NCBI GenBank assembly: GCA_017405765.1
Contig: JAFQZS010000042.1
Location: forward strand, 687 to 64,686
Source: Clostridia bacterium
GTDB taxonomy: Bacteria; Bacillota; Clostridia; Oscillospirales; RGIG577
Length of the DNA stretch: 64,000 bases
Direction: 5' to 3'
The stretch's first letter is position 1; each line of letters starts with the position of its first letter. Position numbers and translations under genes: made by a program. Shown piece by piece: positions 46,946 through 55,821 of this stretch. The notes beneath the pieces were generated by a model, which searched no databases, was not told the origin of the DNA, and saw nothing but the letters and a program-made list of their open reading frames with translations.

Positions 46946-49045
46946 CTATTGCTGACTTGCAAAATAATCGCGCAAAATTGCATAAGACGCTTTAAGTCTC
47001 TCATGGAAAACCGGCGTTTCCCAATCATCCCATGAAAAAAGACCCATCGAAACGGCGCCGTCATACCCTTCGCGGACAACGCCTAAGCGTATTCCGTCAA
47101 CGGTTTTGGGCGTTATATTATCAGTTGCCTTACTAAGATCTCCCACGACCTGCTTTTGCGACGGATCCATAAAACCTATAAGCTGCCACGGCAGCCTTAT
47201 TTCAACGCAGTTCTCTCCGGCGCATATATCGGCGAGCGAATCCTCTTTCGCATCGCCGTACCTTAGCCGACCCGTTTCGTGACGCGAAAACTCTGTTGTT
47301 TCTCCCGTTTCCGGCATATACATAGGCCGGTTCATAGCTATATAGATCGGATTGTAATATCCCGAATTATCTTCATACTGACCCGGCAGAGGATCGAAGA
47401 ACGAATGCATATGGGAATAGCTGTATTGAAATATGTCGCATGAGGCTTCTGTCAATATTCTGCTGTTTTCCCTGCCGTCAAGTATCATAAGGTAATTTGC
47501 CCGATCCGAAAAAACAAGTCCTCCGTTGATATGGTCGCTTCCTGTTGATTTTGACGTGCCTATGGGAACATAAACCGTATCGCGCTCAAGATCCCAGTCC
47601 TCGCCTTTTATCATTAGATAAAGATATGCCGCATCGCACCGTGCATAAACTTCCATACCGTCCTGTTTTGCCACCGGTCTGTCTTCGCTCCATTCCGATA
47701 TGCTGCCATCCACAGATACAAGCGGCGCAGACTCTCCCGGCTCGAACGAGAGTATTCCGAAGCATTCCTCGGGACATTGTACATTATACCAAAACGGACG
47801 TCTTTCCGGTATCTCATAATCCATAGTATTCCAGTTGCGCTTGAACCACTCGTCCTGCCAGCTGAATATGATCGCTCCGCAGCAGCCGGCTTCGCGTATA
47901 TCCTTATTGAGAGAGATAAGCCATTCGGCCTGATCTGTCTCGCTTGCGTATCCTTGCGTCATTCCCGTAACTGAATTGACGTGCGCTATCCCGCGCGACG
48001 TAGGTATACCGTACTCCGACACGAGTACCGGCATGGAATGATAGGCCGTAAGCTCTTTTAAATATTCAAGATAAGGATCCGGCGTTTCTCCTTTTAAATA
48101 TTTTGTATCGTAGCTTAAAAACTCCGGATAGTAGGGATAAACGTGATATGAAGCGAAAAAGCCCGCCGAAAAGTTTTCGGTCGCGCATATATGCTCGGCG
48201 TCGACTACGGCTGCATCCTCAACTTCCGGACTCGGCTCGTTGGGATGATCTAGCGGGTCGGTCGTGCACCAGTTGCATATCGCCACGGGACGTTCGTCTC
48301 CGTAAACTTCCAGATCGCGCTCTATCGCAGTTTCGGCCGCCTCTGCTAAAAACACCTCAAACGGAGACGCGCCCTGCGTATACACGTATTTCCCTTTAAA
48401 TCCGCGCCTCTCGGACTCCGCCTCATTTGTAGCGTTCACAAAATCGGCGCTCCACTCGATGCCGAGTATCCAGCCTATGACCCATGAGGATACATCGGCA
48501 GTATATGTACCTCCCGCGTTTCCGGGCCTTATTTCAATATCGCAGCTGCCGTGTATCATATCAACGGCATTTTGTATATCCGTAAAGAAAATTTCTTTAA
48601 AATCATTCTGAAATGCGTTCTGATATTCTTCTATGAGCTCCTCGTTGGCATAAACGCCCTGAATGAGATAAAGCGGACACTCCGATGCTAAGTTGAACTC
48701 CAAAAGCGCCTCATAAAACTGCGGCGTCTGGTTTACATATACGCGAATTACCCGAACGTTCATATCGCTTATATAACCGAACCAGCGAATATAGTCTTCT
48801 TTAGATATCGCAAACTCCCCCGGAAAATTGCCTACTGAGGCCGCGCCTATATTAACGCCGTTTAAAAACGCCTTTTCGTACTCTCCCTGCTCGCTTTGGA
48901 TACAAAAATCTGTGCCCTGTATAACTGCCGGCATTCTTATATGCTCATAAGTCTTCATATTATTCAAACTGCACCCCGACAACATCGTAAAGAATACTGC
49001 GCATATAACTAAATAACAAAGATGCTTTTTTATCTTTTCGGACAA
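46946..49045 (-). CDS. Lipoprotein with clan GH-A (GH5-like TIM-barrel) glycoside hydrolase/transglycosylase features
   Basis: 699 aa. TTG start after GAGGAGG. Lipobox TMLSGC. NVRVIRVY, the acid/base-like motif HPNEP and the nucleophile-like motif VSEYGIP, spaced as in clan GH-A enzymes. Confidence 0.65.
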   Translation of the reverse strand: MSEKIKKHLCYLVICAVFFTMLSGCSLNNMKTYEHIRMPAVIQGTDFCIQSEQGEYEKAFLNGVNIGAASVGNFPGEFAISKEDYIRWFGYISDMNVRVIRVYVNQTPQFYEALLEFNLASECPLYLIQGVYANEELIEEYQNAFQNDFKEIFFTDIQNAVDMIHGSCDIEIRPGNAGGTYTADVSSWVIGWILGIEWSADFVNATNEAESERRGFKGKYVYTQGASPFEVFLAEAAETAIERDLEVYGDERPVAICNWCTTDPLDHPNEPSPEVEDAAVVDAEHICATENFSAGFFASYHVYPYYPEFLSYDTKYLKGETPDPYLEYLKELTAYHSMPVLVSEYGIPTSRGIAHVNSVTGMTQGYASETDQAEWLISLNKDIREAGCCGAIIFSWQDEWFKRNWNTMDYEIPERRPFWYNVQCPEECFGILSFEPGESAPLVSVDGSISEWSEDRPVAKQDGMEVYARCDAAYLYLMIKGEDWDLERDTVYVPIGTSKSTGSDHINGGLVFSDRANYLMILDGRENSRILTEASCDIFQYSYSHMHSFFDPLPGQYEDNSGYYNPIYIAMNRPMYMPETGETTEFSRHETGRLRYGDAKEDSLADICAGENCVEIRLPWQLIGFMDPSQKQVVGDLSKATDNITPKTVDGIRLGVVREGYDGAVSMGLFSWDDWETPVFHERLKASYAILRDYFASQQ

Positions 49046-49174
49046 TCCGCTCCACCTCCTCGATTTGCGTACGCATCGTCTATGAGAGCAAAAATCGTAT
49101 GCTATAAATAGAATTATATCATAAAAAACGGCTTTTGGGGAAATCCCCGTGTACTGCGCCGCACTATTTTCGTG

Positions 49175-50440
49175 TCAGGTCATCTCCGTTTCGACTATAC
49201 GGCTGTATTCACGCAAAGGATATACGCCGTCGTGCGCCTCGCCGCACACCGTGCGCGACATATTGCCTGCGGATGTTATGCGCACCACGCCGACAAGAGC
49301 AAGCATATTTGATATCTCTTTTCGTTTTTCCTTGTCCTGTGTAAGCACCGCCGCCGTTTGCAGATAATTCTTATGCTTTTTAAGCGAATATAACTTATCA
49401 AGCGGCAACCGCTTTATCCATACGTTCCTGTAAAGATATGAAAGCGCAAGCTCGGAATCTTCACATATCATCACGCTTATTCCGTTTTCGCTCAAGACTT
49501 CGGTCCCCGTAATGTGGCGCTCAAGTCTCTCGTTATAAAGATTTATGGCATTCTTTGCCCTCATGCCGTAATCCTGGGGACGTGATTTTTCATTAGCCTC
49601 TTTTAATATCCGAAAAAATCTTCGGGCAAATTCGTTTTGCGCCTCTTTTGATGTTGTATCGATAAAGATACCCTGACATGAAGAGCATAGAAGCTGATTT
49701 GTATCGCAGATCGACTTTGCCAGCAGATAAAGCTCCGAATCGGAGGCGTCCGGCTCGGCGTATGCAAACGACAGCTTATGGCCCCACGCGATTATCTTTG
49801 TATTTACGTCTGCAAGGCTCCTTGCGGCTTTCACGGCGGCGTCGCCTCCCCACACTACCACGCCGTCGCAAAGATCGGCCAAAGCTTTAAGCGACGCCGT
49901 ATCGGTGGACGGTACATCGAAAACGTAAATATACTCCGAAAGGAGCGGCTCCGTTTTTATAAGCTCGTAAAGGAGCAATACGGAAAGCCCCGAATCGCCC
50001 ATAGGCAGCTTGAGTATATTTATATTGCCCGATAAAAGCCCCTCCACTACGCTGTACGCGGGCAGCGCGTCAACATTGCCTGCGGCTATATGAAGAAGCG
50101 CGCCCAGAGGGTATCTTTTTCTTATTATCTTCCCGTCTATCACCTTTTCGTCGTCGCAAAGCTCAACGGCGCATTTTTTGGTAAGTCCCTCTTTTGTAAA
50201 CAGCTCGCACATGGCGTCAAACTGAGCTTCACTTATATTAAAAAAATCCAAAAACGGCTTTACAACGCTGTCAAATTCTCCTTCTTTGACCCTTCGTACC
50301 AGGGAGTCGCAGGCGTTTATCACCGTTCGGCTTTTAAGCGTCTCTCCTCGATTCAAGGGGGCGTAAAGGTCAGCCCGAAGCGAGGCGATAAGCTCCTCCT
50401 GGCGGCTGTTTTCATAAAGCTTTCCCTTATATAAGATCAT
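49175..50440 (-). CDS. LuxC-like acyl-CoA reductase (aldehyde-forming)
   Basis: Start refined to ATG 50440, overlapping the upstream TGA (ATGA). LHIAAGNVDALPAYSVVEGLLSGNINILKLP and the Cys motif QLLCSSCQGIF resemble the LuxC family. Confidence 0.7.
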   Translation of the reverse strand: MILYKGKLYENSRQEELIASLRADLYAPLNRGETLKSRTVINACDSLVRRVKEGEFDSVVKPFLDFFNISEAQFDAMCELFTKEGLTKKCAVELCDDEKVIDGKIIRKRYPLGALLHIAAGNVDALPAYSVVEGLLSGNINILKLPMGDSGLSVLLLYELIKTEPLLSEYIYVFDVPSTDTASLKALADLCDGVVVWGGDAAVKAARSLADVNTKIIAWGHKLSFAYAEPDASDSELYLLAKSICDTNQLLCSSCQGIFIDTTSKEAQNEFARRFFRILKEANEKSRPQDYGMRAKNAINLYNERLERHITGTEVLSENGISVMICEDSELALSYLYRNVWIKRLPLDKLYSLKKHKNYLQTAAVLTQDKEKRKEISNMLALVGVVRITSAGNMSRTVCGEAHDGVYPLREYSRIVETEMT

Positions 50441-51600
50441 GACTGCTCCTTTAAATACTCCTGTGCGCCTGCGGCGCATGTTATTACATCGCTTATGCCT
50501 ACGCGCCCGATTATCTCAAGCCACGGCGAGGGCGCGCCGCAGGGGCACCCCTCGTTGTGAAGTACGCCCAGGTCGTCCGTCATTACGCTCAAAAGCGGTC
50601 CGCTCTGCATCATCGGCGTAAGTAGATTTATAAGCCCAGCGCGCCCGTTTTCAACAGGCAGAAATGTGTCCGGATCGCGTATTATTACCCTGCTGTAGAC
50701 CGGTATATGAAAATGATGATATTTGCAGTCTGTGTAAAGTATGGGATGCTCGACCGCGCCGAAAAATTCGATAACGTGCTCCTCATCTATGCCGAGCACG
50801 TCCCAAACGAGCTCGTAAAACGCCTTTTTATCGGGCTGCTCTGCGTAAAACTGCTTCCAGCCGCCTCCCAAGGTCACCAAACTGCCGTGCGGCATCTTAT
50901 ATCTTATTTTGCGCTCTTTTAAGCTTCTTAACAGAAAATACGTATAGGCGGGGAAGCCTATCGTGCGCATGGGAAAGCGTGAGCGCGAGGCACGTTCAAA
51001 GGCGCTTAAAACTCTGTCCCACGAAAGCTCGTATCCGTTCTTCGTCACCTCAAGCGCGAACGTGCGGCTCAGTGCCGGAGCGAAGAAGGTAAAGCCCAGC
51101 GCCGTTTTGCTCACAGCCGTCTTATTCGTTTTTGTGGGCTGATATCCGAAGATTATATAATTAGTCGGCACTGGCGACCAGAGCTTATGATATCTGCCCA
51201 CGTTTATGACCATGCGCGAGCCTATGGCGAGAGTCTTTAAATCAAAGCCTATATTCGACATGACTCCGCTAGTGCCGGACGACGTTGCTTTTATGAGCAT
51301 CCGGCTGTCGGGCAGGCTGAAAAGGTCGTGATGCTTAAAATAGAGCGTCGGCAGAAACGGCAGGCGCGCAAGGTCGTCTGCGCCGCGTATCATATCGGGC
51401 GAAAAAGAAAACTCGTCGAGTATTCTCCTGTAATCGGCGCAGTTGTCGTACTGAAAGCGCGCGTTCTCCCGCATTGCGAGAACGAAAAGCTCCTCGCTTC
51501 CCTTCGTGTCGTATATATTTTTATATCCGAAAAGACGACGGGTGTATTTCACCTGTCTCACCTCCGTACTGTCTTTCGCGCCCTTCTTATTTGTCATCAT
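50437..51600 (-). CDS. LuxE-like acyl-protein synthetase / adenylate-forming enzyme
   Basis: 387 aa ORF. ATSSGTSG nucleotide-binding loop and LuxE-like length. There is no SD before ATG 51600. A GTG at 51552 with ACGGAGGTGA 8 nt upstream is a plausible true start. Confidence 0.7.
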   Translation of the reverse strand: MMTNKKGAKDSTEVRQVKYTRRLFGYKNIYDTKGSEELFVLAMRENARFQYDNCADYRRILDEFSFSPDMIRGADDLARLPFLPTLYFKHHDLFSLPDSRMLIKATSSGTSGVMSNIGFDLKTLAIGSRMVINVGRYHKLWSPVPTNYIIFGYQPTKTNKTAVSKTALGFTFFAPALSRTFALEVTKNGYELSWDRVLSAFERASRSRFPMRTIGFPAYTYFLLRSLKERKIRYKMPHGSLVTLGGGWKQFYAEQPDKKAFYELVWDVLGIDEEHVIEFFGAVEHPILYTDCKYHHFHIPVYSRVIIRDPDTFLPVENGRAGLINLLTPMMQSGPLLSVMTDDLGVLHNEGCPCGAPSPWLEIIGRVGISDVITCAAGAQEYLKEQS

Positions 51601-51635
51601 AAGCTGATTTTACCACAATATTCTTTTATATGAAC

Positions 51636-51676
51636 AAAAAAGCCTGAAAAGAGGGAAACGAACTTAGTTTCCCTCT
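51636..51676 (-). terminator. Terminator after the zinc-ribbon/RPTQ-repeat gene
   Basis: Perfect 10-bp stem agagggaaac/gtttccctct, followed on the minus strand by ttttcaggctttttt. Confidence 0.7.
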
Positions 51677-51695
51677 TTCTTTTAAGACTATGTTC

Positions 51696-53156
51696 TTATT
51701 TGTCTTTCCCGAAAAGTCCGCCCAATCCTCCCGTAGGTTTCTGCGGCTTCTGCGGGCTTGATGCGCCGGGACGCGGCGGCTTCGGCGGATTTGACGTCCC
51801 CGGGCGCGGAGCGCTCTGTGTCGGGCGCGGTACGCCTGAGCTTTGCGTGGGTCTCGGAGGCTGTGCGGGAGTCGGCTTGTGGCCTATGCCCGTACTTCCA
51901 GCCTGTGCGGGGCGCGGCTGCTGTGTGGGGCGCGCCTGCTGGCCCGATCCTGTCTGCGTCGGACGCGGTATTCCTGAGCTTTGCGCAGGTCTGGGCGTCT
52001 GCACAGGTCTCGCCTGCTGACCTAAGCCCATACCCGCCTGCGTCGGACGGGGAGTCTGCTGCGTCGTGTGCGGCTGAGTCGGCTTCGGAATGCCCGAGCC
52101 CTGCGGATGCGGCGGCTTCGGCACTGCCTGCGTCGGACGCGGTATGCCTGAGCTTTGCGTAGGTCTCGGCGGCTGCGTAGGTCTTGGCGGCTGTGTTGGA
52201 CGTGCCTGCTGTGTGGGACGCGCCTGCTGACCCAATCCCATGCCTCCCATCTGATTAGGGCGCGGCATGCCCTGATTGGGGCGCGGCATACCTTGCTGCG
52301 GTCTCTGATTATATCCGAACATGTCGCCCTGCGGGCGCATCGAATTCATGCCGAACATCTGCTGACCCTGCGCGCCGTTATTCATCATATTTCCCATAAG
52401 TCCGCTCATCATCATTGCGGCGGCAGCCGAGCCAAATCCCATTCCCGGCTGTTCTCCGACGCCCATGCCCAGCTGACCGCCGAATCCTCCGTCCATTTGG
52501 ACGTTTCCTTCGCGCTTCGCCTGTTCATACGCCTTTTTACGCTCGAGCGTAAGATATTTGCCGTTGTCAAGGCCGTTAAGATATGTACTTAAAGAAACGC
52601 CGTATATAGATGCGGCTTCCGTTATATCCTCCTTGCTCATGCGAGCGCCTAAGCCCTCCGACTCGCTCTCCGAATCGCCGAGCAGACCTATAAGCATGGA
52701 GAGAATGCTTCCGCCCGTCTGCATCGAATCGGACGAGCTCTCGCCGCCGTATCTGCTCACAACGTCGGCGTGGCGGTCGTATATTATGTCGCGCGCCTCT
52801 ATTATCGGGTCGGGTATCTCATTTGCGCTTCCTACGCGTATCTTTCCGTCGTCTTCCTTTAGCTGCATACCGCAGTAGTCGCATTTGAACGGATTTTCGC
52901 TGGCCCCGCCGCAATACGGGCAAAGCGTCGTCTGTCCCGCAGACTGCGCGCTTGTGGTCACTTCATAGCGGCTGTAATATTCATCTATATGATCCACATT
53001 ATAAAGCACTTCGTTGAGCTTTTCCTTATAGGGGCTGCACTCACTGCACGCATCGGGACCCATTGGGCAGTCGGTGGGACAGAGGGGACAGGGCGGCGTG
53101 AAGTTCTTATTGACTTTTTCCGATGAACCTCCGAACAAATCATCAAACAGTGACAT
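51696..53156 (-). CDS. Zinc-ribbon protein with Q/M/G-rich and RPTQ-repeat low-complexity C-terminal half
   Basis: 486 aa. AAAGGAGA SD. N-terminal Cys clusters (CPLCPTDCP...CSEC; CPYCGG...CDYCG). C-terminal approximately 250 aa of GMG/QQ repeats and more than 10 copies of (Q/P)xRPTQ. Confidence 0.8.
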   Translation of the reverse strand: MSLFDDLFGGSSEKVNKNFTPPCPLCPTDCPMGPDACSECSPYKEKLNEVLYNVDHIDEYYSRYEVTTSAQSAGQTTLCPYCGGASENPFKCDYCGMQLKEDDGKIRVGSANEIPDPIIEARDIIYDRHADVVSRYGGESSSDSMQTGGSILSMLIGLLGDSESESEGLGARMSKEDITEAASIYGVSLSTYLNGLDNGKYLTLERKKAYEQAKREGNVQMDGGFGGQLGMGVGEQPGMGFGSAAAAMMMSGLMGNMMNNGAQGQQMFGMNSMRPQGDMFGYNQRPQQGMPRPNQGMPRPNQMGGMGLGQQARPTQQARPTQPPRPTQPPRPTQSSGIPRPTQAVPKPPHPQGSGIPKPTQPHTTQQTPRPTQAGMGLGQQARPVQTPRPAQSSGIPRPTQTGSGQQARPTQQPRPAQAGSTGIGHKPTPAQPPRPTQSSGVPRPTQSAPRPGTSNPPKPPRPGASSPQKPQKPTGGLGGLFGKDK

Positions 53157-53296
53157 TTATTGTATCTCCTTTCATCATACGCGCGCGTATGCGGCTTTTT
53201 CTTTTATTATATCAACCGCAGGCGGCTATTTCAACACAAACAGTATCACTTTACGTCGTATTTTTGTTAAAAAAGGCTAAAAAAATAAAAAAAACA

Positions 53297-53322
53297 AGCT
53301 CGCAAAAACGAGCTCGTTTTTT
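53297..53322. terminator. Probable bidirectional terminator
   Basis: 6-bp stem agctcg/cgagct flanked by a long A-run and tttttttt. Confidence 0.5.
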
Positions 53323-53337
53323 TTATAAGAATTATCC

Positions 53338-54462
53338 TTACAGTATCTCGGCGAAAGCCTGAAGTCTGGTGCGCGCCTGGTCGTAATTCGTCGGCTGCTG
53401 GTCGATATCGAGCGAGAGCGACGGAATGCCGGCTTCGCGAAGCTGCTTGTTGTAAAGCGGGAAGTCGTACTCCTCGGGGTCGCAGAACTTCATAAGGCAA
53501 ACGACAACGCCCGTAGCCTTCGTCTTATTGCAGAGGTCTAAAAGATGGTCGCCGCGCGAGAATTCTTCGTCGTGAGCGAGGGGGCATGCGAATCTGTTGT
53601 TCCACTGACGCGCGATGCGCTCCATAACAGTCTTGCCCTCGTCGGGGATAAGCGTGCGGTACTGGCGCATTTCCTGGCCGAGGTCGTCTGCAACTACTGC
53701 AAGGCCGTTGTCCTCAAATATCTTAAGGAAGCTTTCTGGCTCCGCAGTTATACCGGTGAGCACTACGCGCTTGCCGGTCCAGTTGTATACGGGGCTTGCC
53801 TCAAGGCCTGCTATGATATCCTTCATTATCTCGATATGCTCGCTCTTCTCAACGAACATGGCGCTCTTCATTACGTTATGGCGAACGGTTGGCGTAATAA
53901 CGTCGAGGTGATCGGGTACGAGGTCGGCGAACTTCATCATAAGCTTTGCGTGCTCGTTGTAAATACTAACGCTGTTTTCAAGAGCCTCGTCGGTTATCTT
54001 CGTGCCGAGAATTTCCTCGATGCAGTTCTTTACGTGATTGTATTCGGTCTCAAGGAATTCCACCGAAGCCGCGAGCTTTCTGTTCTGCGGGAAGCTGAAC
54101 GATATCATGGGAACCTTGACGCCGGACTTCCAGTTCTGCGATACGCAGCGGAAGGTGTCGCACATCGTGGGGATCATTGCCGCCGTCATGCCCTCGTAAG
54201 TGCCGCGAAGACCGAGCTCCATATTCGACTGCATGAGCGGACACGCGAACGCCGGAAGATAGAGCTTTGAGAGCTTCTGCTCCGTCTGAGCGCCCCACAT
54301 GCCCATCGGCACCATGCCTGCCGCGTGAGCTATTACCTCGGGAACGTACATGGGGAAGCAGCCCATTACCTTTTTGCCTGCCGCCAAATATTTTTTGAAC
54401 TGCGCCTTGGGGCTTCTTGCGATTATCTTTACTTCATTGAGTCTTTCTTCAAGATTAGCCAT
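53338..54462 (-). CDS. 2-hydroxyacyl-CoA dehydratase family, small (HgdB/HadC/FldC-like) subunit
   Basis: 374 aa. The length and the N-terminal pattern (KKVMGCFPMYVPEVIAHAAGMVPMGMWG) are typical of the beta subunit. The SD AAGGAGG lies inside the end of the preceding gene. Confidence 0.8.
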   Translation of the reverse strand: MANLEERLNEVKIIARSPKAQFKKYLAAGKKVMGCFPMYVPEVIAHAAGMVPMGMWGAQTEQKLSKLYLPAFACPLMQSNMELGLRGTYEGMTAAMIPTMCDTFRCVSQNWKSGVKVPMISFSFPQNRKLAASVEFLETEYNHVKNCIEEILGTKITDEALENSVSIYNEHAKLMMKFADLVPDHLDVITPTVRHNVMKSAMFVEKSEHIEIMKDIIAGLEASPVYNWTGKRVVLTGITAEPESFLKIFEDNGLAVVADDLGQEMRQYRTLIPDEGKTVMERIARQWNNRFACPLAHDEEFSRGDHLLDLCNKTKATGVVVCLMKFCDPEEYDFPLYNKQLREAGIPSLSLDIDQQPTNYDQARTRLQAFAEIL

Positions 54463-54467
54463 TGTTC

Positions 54468-55727
54468 TTACGCCTCCTTATTTTTCTTGGTTGCTTTAAA
54501 TTCATCCATCAGTTCCGCAAAAGCCTCCATGCGGGTCTCGAACTGCGCCTCGGAATAATTTCTGAAGTCGGACTGGTCGCCGTCGAACGATACGAACGGA
54601 ACGCCCGTTTTCGCCTGTATCTGGCGCTGTACCTCGGCCTGCTGCATATCCATGACCTTGCAGCTTCTGTTTAAGTGGTATATCATGCCGTCGCAGTTGA
54701 ACTTTATAAGGTCGCGGCTGCGGCGTTCGACGAACGTTTCTATCGGCGTATTGTTGCTTGCGTTGAAGGTGTACGCCCGCGCGAGGCTGTCGAGGTCGCC
54801 GGGGATGTAGTCGAGCGCCCATGCGCGCACGTAAGCCGTTACGACCATGTTCATACCGAGCTTTCTCATTATTTTAAGGTTGTGAGCAACGTGCGGCCAG
54901 CATGCGATGCCCTCCCAGTAAACGCGGTATTTCTGCTCGCCCTGATACGTCGAGGTGCCGTTCTTTATGTGCTCCTCTATTTCGGCGATGAGCTGCTTCA
55001 TTATCTCGGTAGTGGAACGTCTGCCGCGGCAGCATACCATTGCCGACATATAGTTGAAAAGCTCGAAGCCGTTTAAGGGCGCGGGGATATTAGTAAGAAG
55101 CTCGTTTGCCTTTATCCAGAGGTCCTTGTTCTCGGTCGATATCTCCATGATCTCGCGGAAGCGGTCCTGGTCGAACTTCTTGCCCGTAAGCTTTTCAAGC
55201 TGCTCTATAATATCGTCCATCTGGGCGCGTATGTACTTCTCACGCGATGGCGTTACGAAGTTCTGATGATTGAACGACATGTCGAGCATAAAAAGCGGGA
55301 TATCGTACTTCCGGCTTAAATTCTCGTACCATTTCGTTACCTGATTGCAGATGTTGTTCGCGCACAGAAGGAAGTCGGGCATGGGCATATTATGCTCGGG
55401 CAGGTCTCGCGACTCGATATACGCAAGGTTTATCTTCGCGTATGAGCATAAGTCGTTGTTGTACTCCTGCTCGCCCTCGGCGCGCTGCAGATACGGCTCC
55501 GCCTGATGGCGCGCCGCGATGCCTGCGGAATGGTTCTCGGGATAAACTACCACGATGCCCAAGGTCTCGCATAATTCCTGCGGGAATATGGAGGCCGACC
55601 AGCCTATCTTTTCTCCGCGGGCCTTTGCCTCCTGCGCCTCCTTATAAAGGTCTGCAAGCTGCTGGCGGACCATTATAAGCGACTTTGACATAGGGCGCTT
55701 GGGCTTTTTTGCTTGCTGCTCACTCAT
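54468..55727 (-). CDS. 2-hydroxyacyl-CoA dehydratase family, large-subunit paralog 3
   Basis: 419 aa. GWSASIFPQELCETLGI, YPENHSA and DLCSYAKINL motifs of the HGD-D family. Near-identical N- and C-termini to the two upstream paralogs. Confidence 0.85.
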   Translation of the reverse strand: MSEQQAKKPKRPMSKSLIMVRQQLADLYKEAQEAKARGEKIGWSASIFPQELCETLGIVVVYPENHSAGIAARHQAEPYLQRAEGEQEYNNDLCSYAKINLAYIESRDLPEHNMPMPDFLLCANNICNQVTKWYENLSRKYDIPLFMLDMSFNHQNFVTPSREKYIRAQMDDIIEQLEKLTGKKFDQDRFREIMEISTENKDLWIKANELLTNIPAPLNGFELFNYMSAMVCCRGRRSTTEIMKQLIAEIEEHIKNGTSTYQGEQKYRVYWEGIACWPHVAHNLKIMRKLGMNMVVTAYVRAWALDYIPGDLDSLARAYTFNASNNTPIETFVERRSRDLIKFNCDGMIYHLNRSCKVMDMQQAEVQRQIQAKTGVPFVSFDGDQSDFRNYSEAQFETRMEAFAELMDEFKATKKNKEA

Positions 55728-55821
55728 TAAAATTTCTCCTAACTTTTATAGTTTTCGGGCTGCGTTTTACGCGTCCCGCGCCGCCGTCCAAGGCAGTACC
55801 TTTGGGCGGCGGATAATTTCT

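Noticed and set aside
51700-52592. Plus-strand ORFs (106, 134 and 145 aa) rich in Gly/Cys/Ala/Arg.
   Set aside because: They are antisense products of the Pro/Gln/Thr repeat DNA of the 486-aa gene. Repetitive GC-rich sequence keeps several frames open.
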